Shown piece after piece: positions 20,437 to 28,879 of a stretch of 64,000 nt of DNA (position 1 is the first letter of the stretch; the number at the start of each line of letters is the position of its first letter). A model generated the notes under the pieces. That model did not search any database, had not been told where the DNA came from, and saw nothing but the letters and a program-made list of their open reading frames with translations. The stretch covers positions 186,001 to 250,000 of IMG/VR virus record IMGVR_UViG_3300050821_009835; one strand, given 5' to 3'. A program made the translations under genes and the position numbers.

Positions 20437-21243
20437 ATGATAAAAAGTGAACTGCTCACCGAGATAACGACGGGCGAAGCACAGCGGTTCATCGCAGATG
20501 ACAACTACGGCTGCGAAGAGAAGCATAACGGCGAACGCCGCACTATCTGCAAAGACGCCTCTGGAATTCGCAATTTCAATCGGGAAGGCAATCCTGGAAA
20601 AGCTCTCCCAGCTCACGTTATTAACGCTCTGATGAGCCACCCGCTCCCGCAATTCATCATCGACGCAGAATATGAAAAAGGCATTGTGGTTGTTTTGGAT
20701 GTGCTGGTCATTGGCGAAGACAACCTGACCACAACGCCCTACAGTGAGCGCAAACGAATTGCTCACAAGCATTTTGAGAATCACTCAATCCTGATCAAGG
20801 TCTGCAAAACTGTAACCGGGAACCGCGCCAAGGCTGCCTTTGTTTTGGAGAAGATGGAAGAAGTAGCGGAAGGCGTCTGCTTCAAGAAACTCGACGCCGT
20901 CTTCATTCAGGGTAAGAACGGCCAACATAAAAAGCTAAAGTTCTGGAAAAGTTTGGACTGCGTGGTGATTGGCCCGAGCCGTCACGACCACAACAGCGTG
21001 GAAGTGGGCTTGTACGACTACTCTGTTATGCTCGCAACGGGTAAGCCACTACTCCGCCGGATCTGTGGAGTGAGTTTAAACGGTAAGCCTTCTGTCAAAA
21101 TTGGTGATACTCTAGAGATAGACTACCTGTACGGAACCAAAAGGCTCGAGGTTGTTCAGCCAAACTTGGTTCGTGTTCGTGACGACAAGCGACCTGAGCA
21201 ATGCACCATCGATCAAATTCAAATCAACAAGAATTTCAAATAG
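20437..21243 (+). CDS. Minimal ATP-dependent DNA ligase
   Basis: Motif I EEKHNGER, IIDAE, LDVL, EGVCFK, KLKF, plus a C-terminal OB domain (LEIDYLY). Confidence 0.75.
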   Translation: MIKSELLTEITTGEAQRFIADDNYGCEEKHNGERRTICKDASGIRNFNREGNPGKALPAHVINALMSHPLPQFIIDAEYEKGIVVVLDVLVIGEDNLTTTPYSERKRIAHKHFENHSILIKVCKTVTGNRAKAAFVLEKMEEVAEGVCFKKLDAVFIQGKNGQHKKLKFWKSLDCVVIGPSRHDHNSVEVGLYDYSVMLATGKPLLRRICGVSLNGKPSVKIGDTLEIDYLYGTKRLEVVQPNLVRVRDDKRPEQCTIDQIQINKNFK

Positions 21244-21251
21244 GAGGATTT

Positions 21252-21383
21252 ATGGGAGAAAAGATCAAGCAAGCCGCGTTGGAGCTTTTGGCGCTCTTGG
21301 AAGCCAAGGGCAAGTTGACCATGGATGAATACATTTTGGCTCAGGCTTTGACCACGTTCAAGAACAACACAAAAGCGGATTGA
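21252..21383 (+). CDS. Small hypothetical protein
   Basis: AGGAGG RBS then ATG 21252; 43 aa. Confidence 0.55.
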   Translation: MGEKIKQAALELLALLEAKGKLTMDEYILAQALTTFKNNTKAD

Positions 21384-21571
21384 AGATGAAAGACTTCGAC
21401 ATCGCCCTAAACGAGAGCCAAACAGACAGCTGGTTTTCTGTTTTCTTTCAGGGGGAATTCCACAAGATCCCCATTAAATTCATGCGGGTGTCAGAACGTA
21501 AGGGCCTGTCTGATCTTTTAAGGAAACTATGCAATATACCGTGTGATACGGGCAAAATAAATGAAGAATAA
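21380..21571 (+). CDS. Small hypothetical protein
   Basis: Translationally coupled ORF of about 60 aa. Confidence 0.45.
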   Translation: MKMKDFDIALNESQTDSWFSVFFQGEFHKIPIKFMRVSERKGLSDLLRKLCNIPCDTGKINEE

Positions 21572-21797
21572 ACTAGAAATAAAACCGGGCGAGTCGCGCA
21601 CGATGTTCGTGGACAAGTTCAATACTCTGGAAGACCTCAAAATTGCTATTACTAAAGCAGAGATGGTGAGCAATCAAATCGCAGATGTAATCAACGTGGA
21701 TGGTCAGTTCGAGCTTGAGGCTGAATGTCTTAGCGATGGCTCTGTTGTCTACAACGTTGGAATTGTCGGCAATGTTCTCACGAGTTGGCAGGGATAA
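21561..21797 (+). CDS. Hypothetical protein
   Basis: 78-aa coupled ORF. Confidence 0.5.
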   Translation: MKNKLEIKPGESRTMFVDKFNTLEDLKIAITKAEMVSNQIADVINVDGQFELEAECLSDGSVVYNVGIVGNVLTSWQG

Positions 21798-22852
21798 CGT
21801 CCGGGCAATCGCGGCGAAGTTCGAGGCCGCCAGGCAAAAGCGTCGTGGGTAATTTACTGTCTCGAAGTCTGTTTCGCGAGGATGTTTTTAATCGCGACCG
21901 CTACAAGTGTGTCAATTGCGGAATGCCTGGTCAAGATGCTCATCACATTCTAGAACGAAGACTTTGGCCTGACGGCGGTTACCACCTTGACAATGGAGCT
22001 ACAGTTTGTGGTACTTGTCACTTAGAAGCTGAAGCGACGTTGATATCTTGCGACACGCTACGCCATAAAGCCGGAATTTCCCGAGTGATTCTTCCACCCC
22101 ATTTTTATCCAGACCAAGAATACGATAAGTGGGGCAACCCAATACTGCCCAATGGCCAGCGCCTTCGTGGAGAATTATTCGAAGATGCATCTGTTCAGAA
22201 AGTCCTTGCTCCTGTATTGCATCTTTTTACAAATCGAGTCAAGTACCCGCGCACTTGGCATTTGCCCTGGTCACCCGGAGCGACCTCTTACGATCGGATT
22301 CTAGCAACAACTGATCACTGGCGAGGTAAACAAGTAGTTATAACAGAGAAGATGGACGGGGAGAACACAACCCTTTACAAAGACTACGTACATGCAAGGT
22401 CTCTAGATTACAGTCCTCATCCTAGTCGCGACAGAGTTAAGGCATTGTGGGGATCCATACAATCAGATATTCCCGACAACTATCGGGTATGCGCCGAGAA
22501 CGTTACTGCCACGCATTCCATCGCGTATAGCAATCTTCCATCGGTTCTTTTAGTATTCAGCATTTGGGATGGTTTAACTTGTCTCAGTTGGAAAGAGACA
22601 GTGGAGTGGTGCGATTTGTTGGGGTTACGAACAGTTCCTGCACTCTATTGCGGAATGTATGAACCAGGTATGTGCCAGGAACTCTGCAAGCAGCTAGATA
22701 CGGAGAAGCAGGAAGGGCTTGTTGTGCGACCCGATGGACAATTCCACATGAGAGAATTTTCTGATGTCGTGGGCAAATATGTCCGCTCAAATCACGTACA
22801 GACGCACGGTCACTGGATGCGTCAGAAACTGGAGTTTAACAAATGCGTTTAG
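21785..22852 (+). CDS. HNH endonuclease-RNA ligase (Rnl2-like) fusion (likely start GTG 21845)
   Basis: N-terminal CVNC...DAHHI...NGATVCGTCH (HNH). C-terminal ITEKMDGEN, VCAEN, VFSIW, EGLVVR, GKYVR nucleotidyltransferase motifs. Confidence 0.8.
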   Translation: MAGITSGQSRRSSRPPGKSVVGNLLSRSLFREDVFNRDRYKCVNCGMPGQDAHHILERRLWPDGGYHLDNGATVCGTCHLEAEATLISCDTLRHKAGISRVILPPHFYPDQEYDKWGNPILPNGQRLRGELFEDASVQKVLAPVLHLFTNRVKYPRTWHLPWSPGATSYDRILATTDHWRGKQVVITEKMDGENTTLYKDYVHARSLDYSPHPSRDRVKALWGSIQSDIPDNYRVCAENVTATHSIAYSNLPSVLLVFSIWDGLTCLSWKETVEWCDLLGLRTVPALYCGMYEPGMCQELCKQLDTEKQEGLVVRPDGQFHMREFSDVVGKYVRSNHVQTHGHWMRQKLEFNKCV

Positions 22853-23286
22853 AGATTAAGCAATGTAAGCGAACCCGCACAATGCAGCCCGACCTTGGGT
22901 GCCCCTATGATTACACTGAACGCTGGACGGAGCATTGGCTCCATTTTGATGACTACTTAGAGCGTTTGCGATTTCACAACAGAATCATGGATTTGAAACC
23001 CAAGGTTAAGGAGGCTATCGAAACGCGGCGAAATATTGCTATCGAGGAAGCGCAAAAGGTTTTAACTAAGTGGCAGGCTCGATATGAGCTTGAAAAAGAA
23101 ATCTGGGATCATAGGTCCAAGTGGGGAAAATTCTGGAATGTAGAGCCTGATAAACCTTACCTAGAAATCAAAGGGATTCCCGTTTCTGATGTTGAGACGT
23201 TCATTCAGAACGTAAATTCCAATGTTGACCTTTTTTACGGCCCGATTCAAGAGTATGTCTACAAAGGCATCTGGAATTTTGCGTAG
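22843..23286 (+). CDS. Hypothetical protein
   Basis: 147-aa coupled ORF. Confidence 0.5.
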   Translation: MRLEIKQCKRTRTMQPDLGCPYDYTERWTEHWLHFDDYLERLRFHNRIMDLKPKVKEAIETRRNIAIEEAQKVLTKWQARYELEKEIWDHRSKWGKFWNVEPDKPYLEIKGIPVSDVETFIQNVNSNVDLFYGPIQEYVYKGIWNFA

Positions 23287-23328
23287 GAAACTAGGACCAC
23301 GAGGTATCAACGGTATCAAATCATAGGA

Positions 23329-23544
23329 GTGTGTCCAGTGGCTCAGAAGTTACTTTCACAAGCAGGTAAGGAAGAATTGGCACTCGCTCTTCTTTTGCTT
23401 AAAGACTTCAAGTGTGGAGAGAAGTTCGATGTGGATGTTACACGGTCAATTCTTGAGTTAGCCCAAGAGCTGGGTGTTCTCAAAGAATTTTCCGCTTTAC
23501 TATCCAAATTGCCTCCAATGAAAGTAATCCCGCGATATGAATGA
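23329..23544 (+). CDS. Hypothetical protein
   Basis: AGGAG RBS and GTG start; 71 aa. Confidence 0.5.
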   Translation: MCPVAQKLLSQAGKEELALALLLLKDFKCGEKFDVDVTRSILELAQELGVLKEFSALLSKLPPMKVIPRYE

Positions 23545-23740
23545 AATCAACTACAACTGCTGCGGGCATAAATGCCATGATGGGAGAGGGCTTAATCCCT
23601 GGGTCGAAGTCTGCGTTGTTTGTGGTTGCCGGAATGAAAAATACAATCCCAATGTGCCTCTCCCGGAGACTATGGAGGAGCTGTTGAACTGGGATAATCC
23701 CGATCTCTCGCTCCGACCTGAGAAATACCGAAACCTTTAG
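23537..23740 (+). CDS. Small Cys-rich protein
   Basis: CCGHKC...CVVCGC; 67 aa. Confidence 0.5.
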   Translation: MNEINYNCCGHKCHDGRGLNPWVEVCVVCGCRNEKYNPNVPLPETMEELLNWDNPDLSLRPEKYRNL

Positions 23741-23744
23741 TGAT

Positions 23745-25316
23745 ATGAAAAAACTCCTCAGCAATTTTTTCTTGGTGATTTTGCTTGCTTCAGCAAGTTT
23801 AGCCCAGATTCAGTCTAGTTTCTTTGGTATGAATCAATCTCATTCCATTGTTTGCCCAAATACTCCACTCAGTTTACAGTATCCGTTGTACGGAGTAAAT
23901 GCAGCACTTAGAGATTGGAATTTATGCACTACTCAGTGGGCAGACATAAATTCTGCTAATGGTGTGTACAATTTCGCAAGTCTAGATGGTCTTTTGGCAG
24001 GAGCAAAGTCAAAAAACGTAGATGTGTACATCACGCTAGGAGCTACCCCCAACTGGATATCCTCCAAACCAACAGACACTGCTTGCGACAGAGCCAACAG
24101 CTTCGGTCAACCTGCCGGAATGTGCGATCCTCCTTCCGATATAAACCCAGATGGTACGGGTACGGATACAGCTTGGAGAGCATTCATTACCGCACTAGTT
24201 ACTCATGTAAGCACCAGTAGCTATCTTCAGACGCATGCTCATATCATGTTTTACGAAATTTGGTCTGAGTTTTCTCGTTCAGATAGCATAGGGACCGCAA
24301 CTTGCAATGCCACAGGACCTACCTGTAGCTACCGGGGGACATTCGCCCAGATGCTCAGAATGACGCAAGATTTAAGATGCATAGTAGAAGGTTTTCCAAA
24401 TGATCCAATCACGGCGTTAAATACCACCTGCGGTAACGATAAAACCATGCCAGTAAGAGGGTTAGATCCAACAGCTAGAATAGCAGAAGGTGACGCTGGT
24501 GACACTCCTCTGGATAACGGTAACATTGTCATGCAGAACTATCTGTACTGCAATAATAATCCTCCAGTAAACAGCCAATGTAACTATGGATCTGCGGGAA
24601 GTGCAGCGACAGATATAATCGACGGTCATCCCTACTTTACCAGCCACGTCCCAGAAGCCCTAATTCCCGTACTTGCAGACATGATCTCCCGCCTGTCATT
24701 GACAGATCAAGCTAAACTTCGATTTGCCAGCGAAGGATCGTGGGGACAGAATTCAACTGTAAATGACCCTATGCTTCAAGCCGCGTATGTCCCAAGATGG
24801 TTTGCTGTTTTATTGATACAAAAGTTTGACAGAGGATACTGGTGGTCGTGGGACGGTGCTGGTGCTGGGGGAAATGGGGGTTTGTGGAACTCGGTTTCCA
24901 TGACTTTTCCTCCCAATCAGTGCAACACAATTGATCCTGTAGTAGGAGGATATGATTGCACAGGTGGGACGGCATTTAGAACTACTATACAGTGGTTTGT
25001 TGGAAATACGGTAACAGGAATAACCTGCCCCACTAGTTGCAGCAACCCAACGTTGGGCGTCTATACCATGACATTCACAGGGGTCAACGGTCAGACGTTT
25101 GTCATGGTGTGGGATAGTTCTCAAACCTCTCCTTGCAGCAATCCCATGTGTGGGCAAACCCCGCTTCCTACATTACCATTTCAAGCAGCAAATTGGCAGG
25201 ATGTTTTAGGAAATAACTATAGCGGGCAGCCAAAAACAATTGGCGCGAGTCCCATTTGGTTAGTAAAGGGAACTGGACCGCTGGCACCACAAAATCTAGG
25301 AGCAATCGTAAATTAA
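23745..25316 (+). CDS. Secreted glycoside-hydrolase-like protein (clan GH-A, GH39-like)
   Basis: Signal peptide MKKLLSNFFLVILLASASLA. Contains FFGMN, WADINSANGVYNFASLD, YEIWSE (acid/base-like), HPY and SEGSWG (nucleophile-like). Confidence 0.65.
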   Translation: MKKLLSNFFLVILLASASLAQIQSSFFGMNQSHSIVCPNTPLSLQYPLYGVNAALRDWNLCTTQWADINSANGVYNFASLDGLLAGAKSKNVDVYITLGATPNWISSKPTDTACDRANSFGQPAGMCDPPSDINPDGTGTDTAWRAFITALVTHVSTSSYLQTHAHIMFYEIWSEFSRSDSIGTATCNATGPTCSYRGTFAQMLRMTQDLRCIVEGFPNDPITALNTTCGNDKTMPVRGLDPTARIAEGDAGDTPLDNGNIVMQNYLYCNNNPPVNSQCNYGSAGSAATDIIDGHPYFTSHVPEALIPVLADMISRLSLTDQAKLRFASEGSWGQNSTVNDPMLQAAYVPRWFAVLLIQKFDRGYWWSWDGAGAGGNGGLWNSVSMTFPPNQCNTIDPVVGGYDCTGGTAFRTTIQWFVGNTVTGITCPTSCSNPTLGVYTMTFTGVNGQTFVMVWDSSQTSPCSNPMCGQTPLPTLPFQAANWQDVLGNNYSGQPKTIGASPIWLVKGTGPLAPQNLGAIVN

Positions 25317-25326
25317 CGGAGGGAAA

Positions 25327-25584
25327 ATGTTTGTTAAAGATCAAGTAGTTAAAATCCAAAAGGGCCAGAACCATCCATATGTACAGGTCGAGTCTGGGCC
25401 ATTTAAATTCGTCAACAGCCCCGAGGATTCTTATCAAGGTTGGATCCTTCTCGAAAAACATCATAATCCATGCAGTGAAACACTCTCCGTTTGCTTCAAA
25501 GAAATTGACGCAATTTTAGCTTCAGAAGAAGAAATAGCAACTATGACGCAAGGACGGATAAACTTCCATGAGTCTAGCTTCTGA
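25327..25584 (+). CDS. Hypothetical protein
   Basis: GGAGGG RBS; 85 aa. Confidence 0.5.
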   Translation: MFVKDQVVKIQKGQNHPYVQVESGPFKFVNSPEDSYQGWILLEKHHNPCSETLSVCFKEIDAILASEEEIATMTQGRINFHESSF

Positions 25585-25888
25585 GGAGTTTGCCAACAAA
25601 TATTTAAATAAATTCTGGATAGAATCTAGCACGGCGGTCTTCACTCGTGAGGAAATCGATGTGCTCAACCGCACTGGACATATCACGGGGGATACAGCGC
25701 AACTTCTTTTGGAACTTTGTTATGATCCTGTACGAGATCTTCATGACTACGCTTGCATCTTCCATAACCGCCATGAGTCTATCCCCTATAATGGAGAACA
25801 GTTGATGGGACTGAAACGTCTTGCTGCCACCCTCATGACTCGGGACGAGCCAAACGGGCTTCGCCAAAATAAATGGATGAAAGGGTAA
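25568..25888 (+). CDS. Hypothetical protein
   Basis: 106-aa coupled ORF. Confidence 0.5.
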   Translation: MSLASEEFANKYLNKFWIESSTAVFTREEIDVLNRTGHITGDTAQLLLELCYDPVRDLHDYACIFHNRHESIPYNGEQLMGLKRLAATLMTRDEPNGLRQNKWMKG

Positions 25889-25917
25889 ATCTTCCCGCTA
25901 CGGAGTATTTATACTAG

Positions 25918-26228
25918 AGACGGTTTGGCTGAACAACACGCAGCCAGCGTGTAAAGCACGGGTCGTGCCGCTGAAAAGCGAAGAAAGTGCGATCTGGTGA
26001 TACAGTCAATGCCGCGTAAGGCTGAACACCACTGGATTGTACAATCTAGATGGGCGTAAGAACCGGACAAATCGACATACTCGATGATGGCTGTATCCGG
26101 TTGGGAGGCACCAATCCTTCCCTAGCTGCCGCAAGGCGACTCGTATGGCTGATCCCCTTCGAGGCTAGTGGCCGAATAACGCGACACTGGTTAAGGTTTT
26201 GGGGTAATCATTAGTCCCCACGCCGTCT
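25918..26228 (+). ncRNA. Unassigned ~310-nt structured RNA candidate
   Basis: ORF-free gap. 5'/3' closing helix AGACGG/CCGTCT; hairpins CGCT-GAAA-AGCG, GCC-GCAA-GGC, TGGCTG/CAGCCA, AACCGGA/TCCGGTT and TGGGG/CCCCA. Upstream AGTATT motif, downstream T-run. Confidence 0.6.
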
Positions 26229-26242
26229 TTTTCATTATTGCC

Positions 26243-26290
26243 ACGGCCTCTGACCCTTGTTATAAAGGGACCTCCTCAGAGGCCGTTTTT
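26243..26290 (+). terminator. Intrinsic terminator-like hairpin
   Basis: ACGGCCTCTGA...TCAGAGGCCGT stem followed by a T-run. Confidence 0.65.
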
Positions 26291-26333
26291 ATAGCCGTTT
26301 TGTTGTAGAGAGTCGTAGAATGTTAGCATCAAC

Positions 26334-26552
26334 ATGACAGGCGAACGTCTATCTAAAACCCAAGAACTCATCGAGCTAATTTTGGCAGATCTATATAAAC
26401 GAGAAATCCTCTCAACGGTAACTCATATCCCAACGATTCTTCTGTATTCCCCAGATCAACTGCGGAAGATGTTAAACAAACACTTATCCGGGCGTTGTTT
26501 ATCTCAGAATAAAGAAACCTCTTCCGAGATAAGACTTCTCGGGAGAAAGTAA
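26334..26552 (+). CDS. Small hypothetical protein
   Basis: 72-aa ATG ORF before the Clp-like gene. Confidence 0.35.
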   Translation: MTGERLSKTQELIELILADLYKREILSTVTHIPTILLYSPDQLRKMLNKHLSGRCLSQNKETSSEIRLLGRK

Positions 26553-26579
26553 ATTTTAGGACACAATACAGAGGCACTC

Positions 26580-27752
26580 ATGATGGGAACGGGCGTAAAA
26601 GCAGCAAAACTTGACCCCAAAAAGAAGTCCAACGATGCTGTAGAATTTGAAAAAGCTCTCCAGCGCAAAATCGTCGGCCAGGAAGCTGCCGTCGAGAAGA
26701 TGGTTGAAATCTACCAGATGTTCCTGGCTGGGTTGAATCCTCCGGGACGGCCCGTCGGCAATCTGCTTTTTCTCGGACCCACCGGAACTGGTAAAACGCG
26801 AGTCGTGGAAGCCATGGCCGAGAGTCTGTTTGGAGATGCACGCGCCTGCATCAAAATTGATTGTGCAGAATTTCAGCACTCTCACGAAATCGCCAAATTA
26901 GTGGGTTCTCCTCCAGGATATCTTGGTCATCGTGAAACTCACCCCGTTCTTACTCAAGAAGCATTGAATCAATGGCATACGGGTACGCTGAAACTCTCTA
27001 TTCTCCTTTTTGACGAAATTGAAAAGGCTTCGGATGCCCTCTGGCAGTTGCTGCTCGGTATTCTCGACAAAGCCACGCTAACTCTCGGCGATAACCACCG
27101 AGTGGATCTGTCACAGTGCATCATCATCATGACCTCAAATCTAGGAGCAAGTGAGATGTCAAAGCTCCAGGGCGACGAAGAGAGGATGGGTTTTTCCAAA
27201 AAGATTGAGCTCGAAGATGTAGATGATGATAAGATAGAGGCAGAGGCCAAAGAAGCTTGTAAAAGAAAATTCACCCCGGAATTTATGAATCGTATCGACA
27301 AAATTGTAACTTTCAAAACTCTGCGAGAGGCGCATCTGAAGCAGATTCTAGACATTGAGATTGGCATGGTGCAACAACGTGTGTTGATGGCCTCTGCTGG
27401 TAATCAATTTGTCTTCAAATGTGATGATTTAGCCAAGAATTTTTTGCTCAAAGAAGGTTCGGATGCAAAATATGGTGCACGCCACTTAAAGCGGGCGATC
27501 GAAAGATTCTTAGTTTTCCCTCTAGCTAATCTTGTTGCAACAAAACAGGTTAAATTGGGCGATCTTATTCTTGTTTCTCTGGATAAAGAAGGTAAGGAAT
27601 TAACCTTTACCAAAGAAGCGGAAAACGCCATGGTGGAAGCCTTGATGGCAACTTACGGTCGAGAGTCCATTGTACCAGCAACTCCCCTTGCTAAACCGTA
27701 TGAATTTGGAAAAGAAAAGCCGCTAACTGCAACTAAGCCATATTACATATGA
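26580..27752 (+). CDS. ClpA/ClpB-family AAA+ ATPase with only the second (D2) module
   Basis: IVGQEAAV, LFLGPTGTGKT (Walker A), GSPPGYLGH, LLFDEIEKA (Walker B), IMTSN, PEFMNRID, YGARHLKRAIE. Confidence 0.9.
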   Translation: MMGTGVKAAKLDPKKKSNDAVEFEKALQRKIVGQEAAVEKMVEIYQMFLAGLNPPGRPVGNLLFLGPTGTGKTRVVEAMAESLFGDARACIKIDCAEFQHSHEIAKLVGSPPGYLGHRETHPVLTQEALNQWHTGTLKLSILLFDEIEKASDALWQLLLGILDKATLTLGDNHRVDLSQCIIIMTSNLGASEMSKLQGDEERMGFSKKIELEDVDDDKIEAEAKEACKRKFTPEFMNRIDKIVTFKTLREAHLKQILDIEIGMVQQRVLMASAGNQFVFKCDDLAKNFLLKEGSDAKYGARHLKRAIERFLVFPLANLVATKQVKLGDLILVSLDKEGKELTFTKEAENAMVEALMATYGRESIVPATPLAKPYEFGKEKPLTATKPYYI

Positions 27753-27754
27753 AC

Positions 27755-28804
27755 TTAAACCCGAGGCAGCATTAAACGTGAAGAACCAGGTTGGGGTTCC
27801 TCTACGATTTTGCGTATTTTGCGCCAATCGCGTTTTGGCATTTCTAGTTTTGCAAGCAGGGCTTCGCTTCGCTTTAGTCGTTTTCTTAGCGGTTTGAGAA
27901 TTTCTGCTATTTGCATTTTAATAGAGGCGCTTTCTCGCTTTTGTCTTCCAATCTGATTTTCCGTTTCTTCTTCTGTTATTGATTTCCCTGCCCATTTTAA
28001 TGGGAGAGTAGCACAAATTGATGCCATTGTGTGACCAACCCCTCTGTAGGGAAAAAATCGGCTAATTTTGTAATCAGAGCCTTTAAAGACATGAGCTAGG
28101 ACAGCAGGCACGACGTCATGGGGAATGTAACCCGGCTTTTTCTCAAGGTGGCATTCCTTAGTGATGGGTTGGATGACACTGTTCACCATCTTCCTTCCCC
28201 ATTTACTTCTAGGCTGTCGTAACGGTGCTCCTACTAATCGAGCTAATTTATCAAAAGCCTCTCGACCAAATTTCCCACGACGAACGGAGTTAGTAAATGA
28301 GATAGATTCTATACCGGAGGTTAAGACTTGGGTGGCCAGGGCCACTTCATAATCTCCGAATACAGCTACAAGATCAGCGTCGACGTCGGATACAATTTCA
28401 GGTAATGGGCTAAACGGATAGTGATATTCGTCGCCACCTTCTTGAAGTCTTTTGATGACTTCTAGTAAATCCCCTTCTATCACTCGTCCTTCAAAATTGT
28501 TGGCGTTGGCGTAATTCAGGATTTCACGAGCAGTTTTAGAATCATTTTCTACGAAAACCATCTGAGAATCAAGAAAACCTCGTAGTCTAAGTTCTTCCAC
28601 ATGACGTGCAAAAGAGCCAAAATGCGGGCTTCCCATAGTTGCCACAGCCAAGCCTTCGCGAGGATGACTTCGGGGATTCAAGACTCTAAGAATTTCCTGG
28701 GTGCTACGCTGTTTTCCTTGAGAATTGGTGTTGTGGTTGACGTGGCATTTTTTGCGACTTCGATTCAGAGTGGTTAGTTTCCTGAAGCTAATTGTTCCCC
28801 TCAT
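27755..28804 (-). CDS. Hypothetical protein, possible class I SAM-dependent methyltransferase-like fold
   Basis: ATMGSP (motif I-like), MVFVEND (acidic end of strand 2), IEGDLLE, VDAD and a terminal YRGVGHTM. Strong AAGGAG RBS. Confidence 0.4.
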   Translation of the reverse strand: MRGTISFRKLTTLNRSRKKCHVNHNTNSQGKQRSTQEILRVLNPRSHPREGLAVATMGSPHFGSFARHVEELRLRGFLDSQMVFVENDSKTAREILNYANANNFEGRVIEGDLLEVIKRLQEGGDEYHYPFSPLPEIVSDVDADLVAVFGDYEVALATQVLTSGIESISFTNSVRRGKFGREAFDKLARLVGAPLRQPRSKWGRKMVNSVIQPITKECHLEKKPGYIPHDVVPAVLAHVFKGSDYKISRFFPYRGVGHTMASICATLPLKWAGKSITEEETENQIGRQKRESASIKMQIAEILKPLRKRLKRSEALLAKLEMPKRDWRKIRKIVEEPQPGSSRLMLPRV

Positions 28805-28869
28805 CTAAATTCTCCTTAAGGCTTCATTATACGGCAGAGATGGAGAAATCAGTTATCCCTTATAAAGAA

Positions 28870-28875
28870 AGTATT
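28870..28875 (+). promoter_or_regulatory. Recurrent RGTATT motif, candidate phage promoter (representative copy)
   Basis: AGTATT 4 nt before ATG 28880. Similar copies lie upstream of many genes and both ncRNA candidates (see findings). Confidence 0.5.
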
Positions 28876-28879
28876 AAAC

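Noticed and set aside
25918-26228. RNase P RNA
   Set aside because: A CR I-like GAAGAAAGTG is present, but there is no complementary P4 strand or ACAGAA...CTTA (CR V). Left as an unassigned ncRNA.
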